Sequence record: MN850595.1
From: Escherichia phage naswa
Direction: 5' to 3' (one strand)
DNA: 64,000 bases
The notes beneath the pieces are model-generated. The model was given only the letters and a program-made list of their open reading frames with translations. It was not told where the DNA came from and made no database searches. Made by a program: the position numbers and the translations under genes. Every line of letters starts with the position of its first letter. The first letter of the stretch is position 1. Shown piece by piece: positions 29,008 to 37,041 of the stretch.

Positions 29008-29035
29008 GCCCTGCCCGAAAGGGTGGGGCATTTTT
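29008..29035 (+). terminator. rho-independent terminator
   Basis: Same GCCCTGCCC-GAAA-GGGTGGGGC hairpin as at 18862, followed by ATTTTTG. Confidence 0.6.
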
Positions 29036-29054
29036 GTATAAGGAGATCTGAAAA

Positions 29055-29471
29055 ATGACATTAGAAGATATCATTGTTAAGCCTGAGAACTATGACCAAT
29101 ACAACCTGTCAACTCAATCTGTAGACCTTGGATGCGCCACGGTCAGTGCGTGGCTGGTTAACGGAAAAGAGCTGGATAAATGCTTAGAAGCTCACATGTC
29201 TATTAACAAGTTTCTGGATGAAAATACTCACTGGCTTGAGGGTGCAGGCGTATATGCTTCATGGTTGGATAGTATGGGATTCGACTACCAATCTGAAGAG
29301 GGGTGGTGGAGCTATTTAGCTATCTGTCCAGAGACGCTACAATGCTTCATGAAATATTCTGAAGATTTGGAGTACCGGGCGGTGGTTGATAGTGCTATTG
29401 CCCGTTATAGCCGTAAACCTTTTTCCCACGACATTAAAACTGTGGAAGAATTTGTTGAAGTTTTCTGTTGA
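29055..29471 (+). CDS. hypothetical protein
   Basis: Track ORF 138 aa; AAGGAGA SD. Confidence 0.5.
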   Translation: MTLEDIIVKPENYDQYNLSTQSVDLGCATVSAWLVNGKELDKCLEAHMSINKFLDENTHWLEGAGVYASWLDSMGFDYQSEEGWWSYLAICPETLQCFMKYSEDLEYRAVVDSAIARYSRKPFSHDIKTVEEFVEVFC

Positions 29472-29567
29472 CACAGATTGAAAGGTGTGCAATTATAACT
29501 TCATAGAACGGGAGGACGTGATGAACGAAGAAAACTGGGATGTATAACTAACAGGAGGCCACTGCCC

Positions 29568-29765
29568 ATGATTTATCGAATCCGTGTAAGAGAAGATGCA
29601 CCAGGCTGTTACTTTGACTGGCGTGGGTGGTGGTTTATCCACCCAATGGATGGACTCACAGATAGAATGCTGGATGCTGCCCTTTACACAGATACCGACA
29701 TAGAATATAATCTCTATCTGAAGGACGGTATAGATAACGGCCTGTTTGAAGCAATTCCTGTGTAA
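29568..29765 (+). CDS. hypothetical protein
   Basis: Track ORF 65 aa; CAGGAGG SD. Confidence 0.4.
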   Translation: MIYRIRVREDAPGCYFDWRGWWFIHPMDGLTDRMLDAALYTDTDIEYNLYLKDGIDNGLFEAIPV

Positions 29766-29833
29766 GAGACTGTGATAGCTATGTTTTATGATCTTCCTGT
29801 AGCGCCACCACCTGTTGAACCAGGAGAACTAAG

Positions 29834-30259
29834 ATGATCTATGAAATGCCAAAACTGATTCGTGACGATGCCCAAAACGCTCACACCATTATTATGGGCA
29901 AACGCATGGATATTATTTGTCATAAAGATTTCTGGGAAGGAAGTTACTTCACAGAGTATTTTGGTAAACTGGACAATGGTCTGCTGATCCAGTTCTACAC
30001 CGATGCGGAAAACAACATTCCCTGGGAGTTCGAAACTGAAGATGTCCATAAACTTTTCACCTTCCTCGGTATTAAGGTTAAGGCCAAGTTTGAAGAAGGT
30101 GAGTGCGACGATTGTGGATTTTATGAGGTAACAGATTTCTACCTTCCTAGCGGTAAGAACCTTTACTATGAAAGCCACTTCGGTAACTCCAATATGCCAC
30201 AGTGCTGGACTGAGTTTTTTGAAATTGCGGAAGAGGAGCTGGCTTACCGTGATTATTGA
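29834..30259 (+). CDS. hypothetical protein
   Basis: Track ORF 141 aa; GGAGAA SD. Confidence 0.5.
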   Translation: MIYEMPKLIRDDAQNAHTIIMGKRMDIICHKDFWEGSYFTEYFGKLDNGLLIQFYTDAENNIPWEFETEDVHKLFTFLGIKVKAKFEEGECDDCGFYEVTDFYLPSGKNLYYESHFGNSNMPQCWTEFFEIAEEELAYRDY

Positions 30260-30707
30260 TACTGTAGAGGGAGATTTAATCTCCCTTTTTAAGAGCGGTG
30301 CTGGTCACCTGATCCACGGTTGTAACTGCTTCCACACAATGGGCAAGGGTATAGCAAAACAGATTGCCCGTGAGTTTCCTCAAGCACTGTCAGCCGACAA
30401 AGAGACTAGATACGGTTGCCTAAGTAAACTGGGTGCGTTCTCCCGATGGGAGCACTTATCTCCGATAGGTATTGTCTACGGAATCAATCTATATACCCAG
30501 TTCTACCCAGGACCTAATGCTGAGTATTTCTCAATCCTGAAAGGCTTTGAGCTAGTCAATGAAGTATTCAGCGGATCGACTTTACCATTCTACATCCCTA
30601 AGATCGGGTGCGGCATAGGCGGTTTGAAGTGGGAACACGTAGAGGACGTTATTAACCTTGCCACTTTCGACATAGATATTGTCGTGGTGGAGTACAAAAA
30701 GTGTTGA
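30249..30707 (+). CDS. macro-domain-like protein (ADP-ribose binding/processing)
   Basis: 'HLIHGCNCFHTMGKGIAKQIAREFP' and 'PKIGCGIGGL' resemble macro-domain nucleotide-binding loops; start at GTG 30249 (alternative ATG 30168). Confidence 0.5.
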   Translation: MIIDTVEGDLISLFKSGAGHLIHGCNCFHTMGKGIAKQIAREFPQALSADKETRYGCLSKLGAFSRWEHLSPIGIVYGINLYTQFYPGPNAEYFSILKGFELVNEVFSGSTLPFYIPKIGCGIGGLKWEHVEDVINLATFDIDIVVVEYKKC

Positions 30708-30958
30708 CGACCATCTTCTGAGGTGATATAGTTTCCACGACAACTAAGAGAGGAGAGCACTGTGGAGACTAAAATCTTAATTCTTGCTGTGGTAGATACA
30801 ACCGAAGGAGCTATATTCGAATCTGCAGGAGGGTATTTCTACCTACCATACGGAAAAAGAACTTCCGAGCCAAGTAAAGATTCAATCCTCAAAGTGTTCC
30901 CGTGTGCTTTCTGGCTGGAGATTTTGGTATAAGATTGCAGAGGATTTGGGAGAGAATT

Positions 30959-31153
30959 ATGAGAAACAAGAAAGAACTTTACTCCGGTGAGTGGATCAAC
31001 GATCAACAGGTGGGAGAGGTAACCTGCTTCCGATGTTTTACCAGGTACAATCTTAAAACTGCACCAAAAAGTGTTCCAAAGACTGACGGTTACTACATAA
31101 AAGAACCTCATTGCCCAAAATGTAAATGCCGATTGTACTGGAGCAATCTGTAA
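30959..31153 (+). CDS. small zinc-ribbon-like protein
   Basis: Start moved to ATG 30959; CxxC ... CxxC ('CFRC', 'CPKCKC'). Confidence 0.4.
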   Translation: MRNKKELYSGEWINDQQVGEVTCFRCFTRYNLKTAPKSVPKTDGYYIKEPHCPKCKCRLYWSNL

Positions 31154-31216
31154 GAGGTTGACATCTGAAAACTGCAGTGTATAATATACGCATAAACTAA
31201 CAGAGGGTGATGTATT

Positions 31217-31408
31217 ATGGTAATTTTTAACCGGGATGGTATCATAGTTAGACAGCACCCGTTCCTTGAATACTATCAAATTGAGCAATGGTGCTACGGG
31301 GATTGCAGTCACTCCTATGGGCAAAGTTGGGGATATCGTACAGTTTTTGAATCCACAGACCTTGACAAAGTAAAACAGAAAGTTTTAGAACTTCTTAACA
31401 ACAAGTGA
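31217..31408 (+). CDS. hypothetical protein
   Basis: Track ORF 63 aa. Confidence 0.4.
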   Translation: MVIFNRDGIIVRQHPFLEYYQIEQWCYGDCSHSYGQSWGYRTVFESTDLDKVKQKVLELLNNK

Positions 31409-31418
31409 GTATCGTGCC

Positions 31419-31751
31419 ATGGTAACATTGGAAAGACGTAAAGCTATTGCCGCCACACTGGCAGACATCTTTTGGGATTGTAATTTAAAATCTACCCGAA
31501 ATTGTGGTGCATCTGTAGATGTATTATTCCCACGGCCTACTATTGTTGCAATGGGCAACCTGCTCGATGTGGTATATGGAGCATGGGACAAGGAAGGTGG
31601 ATTCTATATCTGGCAACCTGACTACGGGACTTGGAAAGAGGTTAGTGGTTCTTCGGACTTCACTCCTGCAGTGGCTAAAATGGATGGCTGGAAAATCTAT
31701 GTCGGTAACGACATGGAACTGAAAGGCGAAATTGTTTACTGGTTACCTTAA
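31419..31751 (+). CDS. hypothetical protein
   Basis: Track ORF 110 aa. Confidence 0.45.
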   Translation: MVTLERRKAIAATLADIFWDCNLKSTRNCGASVDVLFPRPTIVAMGNLLDVVYGAWDKEGGFYIWQPDYGTWKEVSGSSDFTPAVAKMDGWKIYVGNDMELKGEIVYWLP

Positions 31752-31772
31752 GAAAGTCCAGGAGATAAAGTT

Positions 31773-32018
31773 ATGAACAAAGGGTGGACATTTGTAGACG
31801 GCGTTAAAAACATGCCTCTAGGAAAGTATATTGTAGCCATGGCAGATGAGAATGGCAAGGTTGATTTCGGAGTTTGCGAGGTTGTTCTTGCAGGATCTGG
31901 TGACTATGCTCACAAAACTGGGATAATTAACGGTCATTTCTACTTTGATTACAACCCTGTTGTGGCGTATATGGCTATGCCAGAGTTCGAGCTCCCAAAG
32001 GAAGGTGCAGATGTTTAA
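31773..32018 (+). CDS. hypothetical protein
   Basis: Track ORF 81 aa. Confidence 0.45.
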   Translation: MNKGWTFVDGVKNMPLGKYIVAMADENGKVDFGVCEVVLAGSGDYAHKTGIINGHFYFDYNPVVAYMAMPEFELPKEGADV

Positions 32019-32208
32019 GCTTAAATCTGCATGGAACATCGCTGTGGGGGACGAGATCCGTATCCCAGGTGGAAAGACCATTATGAAAATATCTCGTATC
32101 GAGTACGAAGGTGATCGTGTATTTCATATCTTTGCAGAAGATGGTCGAGAAATTTATATACAGGCAGGCTCTCACATCTATATTCGTAAGAAAGGGGAGG
32201 ACAAATGA
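32011..32208 (+). CDS. hypothetical protein
   Basis: Start moved to ATG 32011 behind AAGGAAGG; overlaps stop of upstream gene. Confidence 0.4.
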   Translation: MFKLKSAWNIAVGDEIRIPGGKTIMKISRIEYEGDRVFHIFAEDGREIYIQAGSHIYIRKKGEDK

Positions 32209-32534
32209 CAGAGATCATCATTTCAACTGCAGGGTATGTATTCCTGACAATCATTGCGCTGGCTATTCTGGTGGCGGTGTATGGATTTGTTATCCTTCCT
32301 ATTCTTGAGACATTTAGTTTGTGTCGGTGTTGGAGAAAAGCTTACGGTCCACAACCATGGAAGGACTGGCCCCACCTGGTGCGCTTAGCGTTCTCTTATG
32401 CTTACGATCACTCCAGTAGTGCATGCATAACCGGATACCACGCCCACAACTGGAGCTGGGAAGGGTTGAGGAAATGGAATGTTACAAAGACCATACCTCT
32501 GCGCATGTACAAACCTAAAAACAAAGACAACTGA
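32205..32534 (+). CDS. membrane protein
   Basis: 109 aa; hydrophobic helix 'YVFLTIIALAILVAVYGFVILPIL'. Confidence 0.5.
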   Translation: MTEIIISTAGYVFLTIIALAILVAVYGFVILPILETFSLCRCWRKAYGPQPWKDWPHLVRLAFSYAYDHSSSACITGYHAHNWSWEGLRKWNVTKTIPLRMYKPKNKDN

Positions 32535-32569
32535 TACTTGAAAATTCCTGGCATATCAAGTATAAGGGG

Positions 32570-33060
32570 GATTTCTAAAATGGATTTCCTCCTTTTGATA
32601 TTTCACCGGGCTGGATATTTTAAAATTCTTAGAAAATCAGAAAATGGATCGAAAACTAAAATGGATTTTTCAGAGTAGGCGCGACAAGCTGAATAGCTCA
32701 TCCTATCGTTTGCACCATATTCCAGACCACCATTATAGATTTCCCACACATGCTAACCTCCCTCTACTAGAACTTCCTCCACTTACCCTTGACCTTCTAT
32801 GGTAACAATCTAACCACTATCTTGAAGTTGCGGTGCAGCTTTCCAGGTACTCGATCTACTTTTCATTTCAGGGCTTGGATTTTCTGAAAATTTTTCTCGA
32901 TAAATTTCTCAGTACTCGATCTGTTTTTCGTTTTCTGAATCGGATTTTCTGGAAATCGTTCCGGATCTCGACCTGAAATTTTTGGGGACGAAATCTATTT
33001 TTCGTTTTCAGAAATGGATTTTTAAAATTTCTATATGGGAATATTTTATGGGGCACTGTT
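32570..33060. repeat. AT-rich degenerate tandem direct repeats (~70-bp period)
   Basis: Recurring 'TACTCGATCT(A/G)(C/T)TTTTC(A/G)TTT(T)C(A/T)G', 'GGATTTTCTG(G)AAA' and 'AAAATGGATTT' units; non-coding. Confidence 0.5.
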
Positions 33061-33083
33061 TTATAGGAAATTGTTACGGAGGG

Positions 33084-33101
33084 TAATTAGCATGCTAATT
33101 A
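33084..33101. promoter_or_regulatory. perfect 18-bp palindrome TAATTAGCATGCTAATTA
   Basis: Read directly; lies in non-coding region. Confidence 0.45.
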
Positions 33102-33167
33102 AATTTATTAAATGCGAGGGATTCTTATTTAGAATTTTGAATGATAATTATTCTCGTTTGCAGAATA

Positions 33168-33349
33168 ACGGGCAGGCCCGGTGATTGTCTCCCGGCCCCT
33201 GCTGCCCCGGCTTGTTATTATAGTATCACACAGGACAAAGAAGGCAAGGATTTTTTGCATAAATTTTTAAATGATAATGATAACCGTTCTCATTTTATGA
33301 AGCGCCCATCCCCGGTGGTTGTCTCCCCCGTCACCGGTGCCTGCCGTCC
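33168..33349. repeat. two direct copies of a GC-rich imperfect-palindrome element (~45 bp)
   Basis: 'GGCAGGCCCGGTGATTGTCTCCC...' at 33168-33211 and '...CCGGTGGTTGTCTCCCCCGTCACCGGTGCCTGCC' at 33305-33349; third inverted copy at 42738-42787. Confidence 0.5.
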
Positions 33350-33499
33350 TTTCGATAGGTATATTATGCCGCCTGGCGGGGCCGCTGTCAACACTTTTCA
33401 AAAAATTTTTCTAACCTGATGCGCTAACCGTTGCAACCTGGCGGGGCCAGCCTGGCAGGTCCGCACTATAAAGTAAACAGCTACAGAAGAGGTACAAAA

Positions 33500-33658
33500 A
33501 TGAAAGGTAATGCTACTCGCCTGGGAAATGTAGTGATTAATGATACGGAAGCTATCGCCCTGGTTGAAAAGGTTATGGCGGGAGCGTTGGAACATAAAGA
33601 AGAGTACGAAAAAATGGTGGTTAACCTGGCGGGGGGCGGCAGGTGGATTCTATCATAA
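33500..33658 (+). CDS. hypothetical small protein
   Basis: 52 codons from ATG 33500 behind AGAAGAGG; partly overlaps CCTGGCGGGG repeat, so coding status uncertain. Confidence 0.3.
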   Translation: MKGNATRLGNVVINDTEAIALVEKVMAGALEHKEEYEKMVVNLAGGGRWILS

Positions 33659-33677
33659 AAATAATTTAAAATAGTCG

Positions 33678-33705
33678 TTGACAACAAGGTTAATCATGGT
33701 ATTAT
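33678..33705 (+). promoter_or_regulatory. sigma70-like promoter (TTGACA-N16-TATTAT)
   Basis: Hexamers read directly. Confidence 0.5.
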
Positions 33706-33755
33706 TACCCTACAAGGTGAACAACACCGCACTAACCAGTAAAGAGGATAAATTT

Positions 33756-33953
33756 ATGAACGCATACGGGATCAAAGTACGTCGCAACACTCGCCAGGTG
33801 GTCACCAATCAAGTGATTTGCCGGGTGGATGTAACCATCAACAACGGGCAAGGCCTTTATAAATTTCGTCGCGGTCATAGCTATACCCTGCAACAGCTTA
33901 ATCGTTGCGCCCTGACAAAAGGTCAGATCAACCACTGGTTTAATAAAAAATAA
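33756..33953 (+). CDS. hypothetical small protein
   Basis: Start moved to ATG 33756 behind AAAGAGGA. Confidence 0.4.
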   Translation: MNAYGIKVRRNTRQVVTNQVICRVDVTINNGQGLYKFRRGHSYTLQQLNRCALTKGQINHWFNKK

Positions 33954-33956
33954 GTA

Positions 33957-33985
33957 TTGACATACAGTCCGACACCAAATACACT
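33957..33985 (+). promoter_or_regulatory. sigma70-like promoter (TTGACA-N17-TACACT)
   Basis: Hexamers read directly. Confidence 0.5.
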
Positions 33986-34017
33986 AAAAGCACAAAAGAC
34001 ACTAAGAGGATAAAATC

Positions 34018-34416
34018 ATGAAAACCACTACCTTTAATTTTGATAATGCAGACTTTTCTTTTTCTGATGTCAAGAACTGCCGCCGTGATCGTGGATTTTA
34101 CAAGGCTTATAATCTGGTGGGCCTGGACGATGACAATAATTTGCACGAAGTAGCTGAGATCCGGTATTATGCCGCCGCCAGCGGGAACACTCACTACTGC
34201 GTGTTTTGGATTCACGACAACAAGAACAATAAGTACGGTTATACTGGCGGCAAGGCGAGCGGTCACGGTTACGATAAAGCTAACGCAGCACTTGAGAGCG
34301 CATTAAATGCTATGGGGATCACTGCCGACGGCTGGATCTACGAAGAAGAGTTTTTGTCGGCACTTGCTGACCACCTGGGCTATAAAAAACACATTGTAAC
34401 ATGCGCCCACGAATAA
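34018..34416 (+). CDS. hypothetical protein
   Basis: Track ORF 132 aa; AAGAGGA SD. Confidence 0.5.
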   Translation: MKTTTFNFDNADFSFSDVKNCRRDRGFYKAYNLVGLDDDNNLHEVAEIRYYAAASGNTHYCVFWIHDNKNNKYGYTGGKASGHGYDKANAALESALNAMGITADGWIYEEEFLSALADHLGYKKHIVTCAHE

Positions 34417-34422
34417 AAATCA

Positions 34423-34450
34423 TTGACACGCTGCAAAATTTAAGTAAACT
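34423..34450 (+). promoter_or_regulatory. sigma70-like promoter (TTGACA-N16-TAAACT) with 5' leader hairpin
   Basis: Followed by GGCGGGAA-TGTT-TCCCGCC stem-loop at 34461-34479 and CA-rich leader. Confidence 0.5.
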
Positions 34451-34498
34451 AGACACAAAAGGCGGGAATGTTTCCCGCCAGCACAAAGGAAAAAGATC

Positions 34499-34894
34499 AT
34501 GAATAAGAACGTACGCCGCATCATGAACGAACTGGCAAACGATGAAAAAATTATTGATATGCATTTGGTCAACATTTGCCGCCGTTGTGTAACATATAAC
34601 AACCGCGCCGCAAAAGCGCGTGAGATGAACGCAAAAGGCACCTTAAAGCCCTTTCAGGTGGTTGTAAAATCTATAACTAGCGCAGCAGGCCAGGCGCAGG
34701 ACCACAACAACGAGAGCGCTAATATTGATCCGTCTTACGTAATGAAACGGATCCGGACTTGCAAGAATAAAGAGCAGGTATATAACGTCATAGATTGGCT
34801 GGACTCCCTGGGCGATGTGGTTTACAATAGGTTTTCTGCAGCTATCGAGATCCAGCTTGACAGATTGGACGGGAAAGTACTAAAAACTTATTGA
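34499..34894 (+). CDS. hypothetical protein
   Basis: Track ORF 131 aa. Confidence 0.5.
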   Translation: MNKNVRRIMNELANDEKIIDMHLVNICRRCVTYNNRAAKAREMNAKGTLKPFQVVVKSITSAAGQAQDHNNESANIDPSYVMKRIRTCKNKEQVYNVIDWLDSLGDVVYNRFSAAIEIQLDRLDGKVLKTY

Positions 34895-34896
34895 GT

Positions 34897-34942
34897 TTAT
34901 TTTTAGATGGCCTTGACACCAGGGCCATCAATAAAGTAAACT
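34897..34942 (+). promoter_or_regulatory. repeated promoter/operator element (copy 1): palindrome GATGGCC-TTGACA-CCAGGGCCATC with TAAACT -10
   Basis: 45-bp element 'TTATTTTTAGATGGCCTTGACACCAGGGCCATCAATAAAGTAAA' also at 35518 and 39251. Confidence 0.55.
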
Positions 34943-34974
34943 AACCACAGTTGAGCGGAAAAGGGGGCTTAAAG

Positions 34975-35094
34975 ATGAGCACTACACGCCAGCACACAAA
35001 GGTAACCATCATCGTTTGCATCATTGGGTACATCCTGGCGCAAATGTTGATGGGTAGCGCCAACGGTGTCGCAAAATTTTTCTTAAACTTTTAA
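34975..35094 (+). CDS. small hydrophobic peptide (39 aa)
   Basis: ATG behind AAAGGGGG; hydrophobic core 'IIVCIIGYILAQMLMG'; below track length cutoff. Confidence 0.3.
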   Translation: MSTTRQHTKVTIIVCIIGYILAQMLMGSANGVAKFFLNF

Positions 35095-35122
35095 TTGACA
35101 AGCTAACTTAAATCGATATAAT
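35095..35122 (+). promoter_or_regulatory. sigma70-like promoter (TTGACA-N16-TATAAT)
   Basis: Consensus hexamers read directly. Confidence 0.55.
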
Positions 35123-35173
35123 AAGCACATAAACGGGAAAACTTCCCAGAACACACAAAAGGAGAAAAACACC

Positions 35174-35515
35174 ATGACTACTATGACCGCCTCAGAAAAA
35201 GCTATGCAGATCGCTGAACTGAAAAAACAGATCGCAGACCTTGAGAATAAGATCGATAACTTTGAAATCGACGAGGACAAGTACGACGAAAACTATGATG
35301 AATGGTTAGACGAGATCTACGGCGAAATTATGATCGGAAACATTTCTTTTCTTCCGTCGCGTATCCTCAAGGAGCTAGATCCTATCGCTTACCGCTGCGG
35401 ATTTAGCGACTACATCGACAGCCTGGATATTGAGGACGATGAAGAATACCAGGAATTACAGACAGAGTTAGAAGAAGCAAAAGAAGAGCTTGCGGAGCTG
35501 GAAGAAAACGAGTAA
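35174..35515 (+). CDS. highly acidic small protein (DNA-mimic candidate)
   Basis: 113 aa; long Asp/Glu runs and coiled-coil-like heptads. Confidence 0.5.
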   Translation: MTTMTASEKAMQIAELKKQIADLENKIDNFEIDEDKYDENYDEWLDEIYGEIMIGNISFLPSRILKELDPIAYRCGFSDYIDSLDIEDDEEYQELQTELEEAKEELAELEENE

Positions 35516-35517
35516 GC

Positions 35518-35562
35518 TTATTTTTAGATGGCCTTGACACCAGGGCCATCAATAAAGTAAAC
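35518..35562 (+). promoter_or_regulatory. repeated promoter/operator element (copy 2)
   Basis: Identical 45-bp element to 34897. Confidence 0.55.
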
Positions 35563-35604
35563 TTTATACTGTTAACACTGAACTAATGCATAGGAGTTAA
35601 AACC

Positions 35605-35850
35605 ATGGCAGCACTAATCACCAAATATTATGCCCCTACCAACACCAAAAGCGCCCGTATCATGGTAAAAGGCTTCGGACGTAAAAAGGTGTACACCTGG
35701 GATTATGCCTTAGACACGGAAGACAACTACACCAACGCAATGACCGATTTTATTAATGAACTAAATAAGCAGATCTTGACAAGTTATAAAGTGACCGATA
35801 TTGCTTATATAGGTGAAGGCGGGATCTGTTTTGTAGGCATTGTGAAATAG
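35605..35850 (+). CDS. hypothetical protein
   Basis: Track ORF 81 aa; 'ATAGGAGTTAAAACCATGGC' start context identical to gene at 40217. Confidence 0.5.
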   Translation: MAALITKYYAPTNTKSARIMVKGFGRKKVYTWDYALDTEDNYTNAMTDFINELNKQILTSYKVTDIAYIGEGGICFVGIVK

Positions 35851-35924
35851 TTATTTTTTCGGTGGTCCTGGTTGCAGGGCCATCTATAAAGATAATTTAT
35901 TAACACCATGAAAGGAGAAAGTAC

Positions 35925-36278
35925 ATGATCAGCGGGGCAAGTTTTATTATTGGCGCTATTGCTACGGCTTTAATTGTAAATAAGATCCAGGATAAAAAGG
36001 AAAGAGGAAGTACCGCCCTTGCAGAATATCCATTTTGGGCATTCAACGATAACGAAGATTATATTATAAAGTATAAAAATAAAGAAGGTGACCAAGTAAC
36101 ACCGCGACCGATCCCGGCTTACAAAATGCAGGAAACACTATACCGCCTGGAGGCGGGAGGCGCAAAAATTGTAGACTTTTGGGGATACGACCACACAGAT
36201 CAGGAAGTTATAAAGCGCCGTATCCGGGCTATTCAGGCCAATATTGAAGTTAGCAAGGGGGGAATATATGAAAATTAA
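35925..36278 (+). CDS. hypothetical protein (N-terminal hydrophobic segment)
   Basis: Track ORF 117 aa. Confidence 0.5.
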   Translation: MISGASFIIGAIATALIVNKIQDKKERGSTALAEYPFWAFNDNEDYIIKYKNKEGDQVTPRPIPAYKMQETLYRLEAGGAKIVDFWGYDHTDQEVIKRRIRAIQANIEVSKGGIYEN

Positions 36279-36465
36279 TTTCGAGAAAATTGTAAAGCGC
36301 CCTCATGATTCCGAAGAGCTGCCAGAACGCCGCCAGCGTAACAATAAACTGAATAAGCCAAAAAGGTTTGGGAAGATCTGGCGTAATCATTATGATCGTA
36401 AATTGCCCGGCCTACTTTTGGAACGTGAACGACAGGCAGAACGATACCGCCATAAAGACAAATAA
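36268..36465 (+). CDS. hypothetical basic protein
   Basis: Start moved to ATG 36268 behind AAGGGGGG; Arg/Lys-rich. Confidence 0.4.
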   Translation: MKINFEKIVKRPHDSEELPERRQRNNKLNKPKRFGKIWRNHYDRKLPGLLLERERQAERYRHKDK

Positions 36466-36471
36466 CAACCA

Positions 36472-36498
36472 ACGCCCCGCCATTGTGCGGGGCTTTTT
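36472..36498 (+). terminator. rho-independent terminator
   Basis: GCCCCGC-CATTGT-GCGGGGC hairpin then TTTTTATTT. Confidence 0.6.
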
Positions 36499-36646
36499 AT
36501 TTCTATCCTACGAATAGCGCCCCTGGTTGGCCCCACAAACGCCACAAAAGCCCCTACCTATGCAATCCCCTTTCTTGACCTGAAAACAACGTCTAGGGCC
36601 GTTTTATGGCGTTAAAAATATTATTGACAGTGATTTTATTCAAAGC

Positions 36647-36675
36647 TTGACACCTTGGAATAGTCCGGATATACT
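36647..36675 (+). promoter_or_regulatory. sigma70-like promoter (TTGACA-N17-TATACT)
   Basis: Hexamers read directly; track ORF 36647 starts inside the -35 and is rejected. Confidence 0.5.
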
Positions 36676-36706
36676 AACCACATCAAAGCAAGAAGGAGTA
36701 AACGCC

Positions 36707-36967
36707 ATGCGTAAATTAAAAAATTTTGATAAAGTAGATGTTGTCCTGAATAATTTTTACTACTGCAATAATAAAGCCGTTTGGTGGCGTGATAGTTCCA
36801 CCGATAAAGTTAAAGCGCGCTTTCTCCAGGGGCACTGGCAAGGCCGCCCAGTGATTAAAATCTTAGGGCAATTGGTAGCGTTTAAAAATTGCCACCGTGT
36901 TGACGACGTTGAAGATATTTTGAACATTTTACGCCACAATAATTTAAAAAATAGTGTTGACAAGTAA
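36707..36967 (+). CDS. hypothetical protein
   Basis: Start moved to ATG 36707 behind AGAAGGAG. Confidence 0.45.
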   Translation: MRKLKNFDKVDVVLNNFYYCNNKAVWWRDSSTDKVKARFLQGHWQGRPVIKILGQLVAFKNCHRVDDVEDILNILRHNNLKNSVDK

Positions 36968-36984
36968 GCCTCAATAAGTATACT
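36957..36984 (+). promoter_or_regulatory. sigma70-like promoter (TTGACA-N16-TATACT) with leader hairpin
   Basis: Followed by GGCGGGAA-AACT-TCCCGCC at ~36996-37013. Confidence 0.5.
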
Positions 36985-37041
36985 TAAACACACAGGCGGG
37001 AAAACTTCCCGCCACTAACAAAGAAAATAGGAGAAAATATC

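Noticed and set aside
32570-33060. Possible CRISPR array
   Set aside because: Repeat units are degenerate, AT-rich, of irregular length and spacing, with no spacer-like unique segments and no cas genes in the window.
33141-33419. Track ORF (92 aa, plus strand) spanning the GC-rich repeat elements
   Set aside because: Translation is Pro/Gly/Ala/Cys-rich low-complexity sequence produced by the GC-rich palindromic repeats, with no SD and no cassette context; treated as non-coding.
36647-36967. Track ORF starts at 36647 and 42809 (TTG starts)
   Set aside because: The proposed start codons are the TTG of the -35 hexamer TTGACA; true starts were reassigned downstream (36707) or the ORF (42809..43018) dropped in favour of the co-located gene at 42892.
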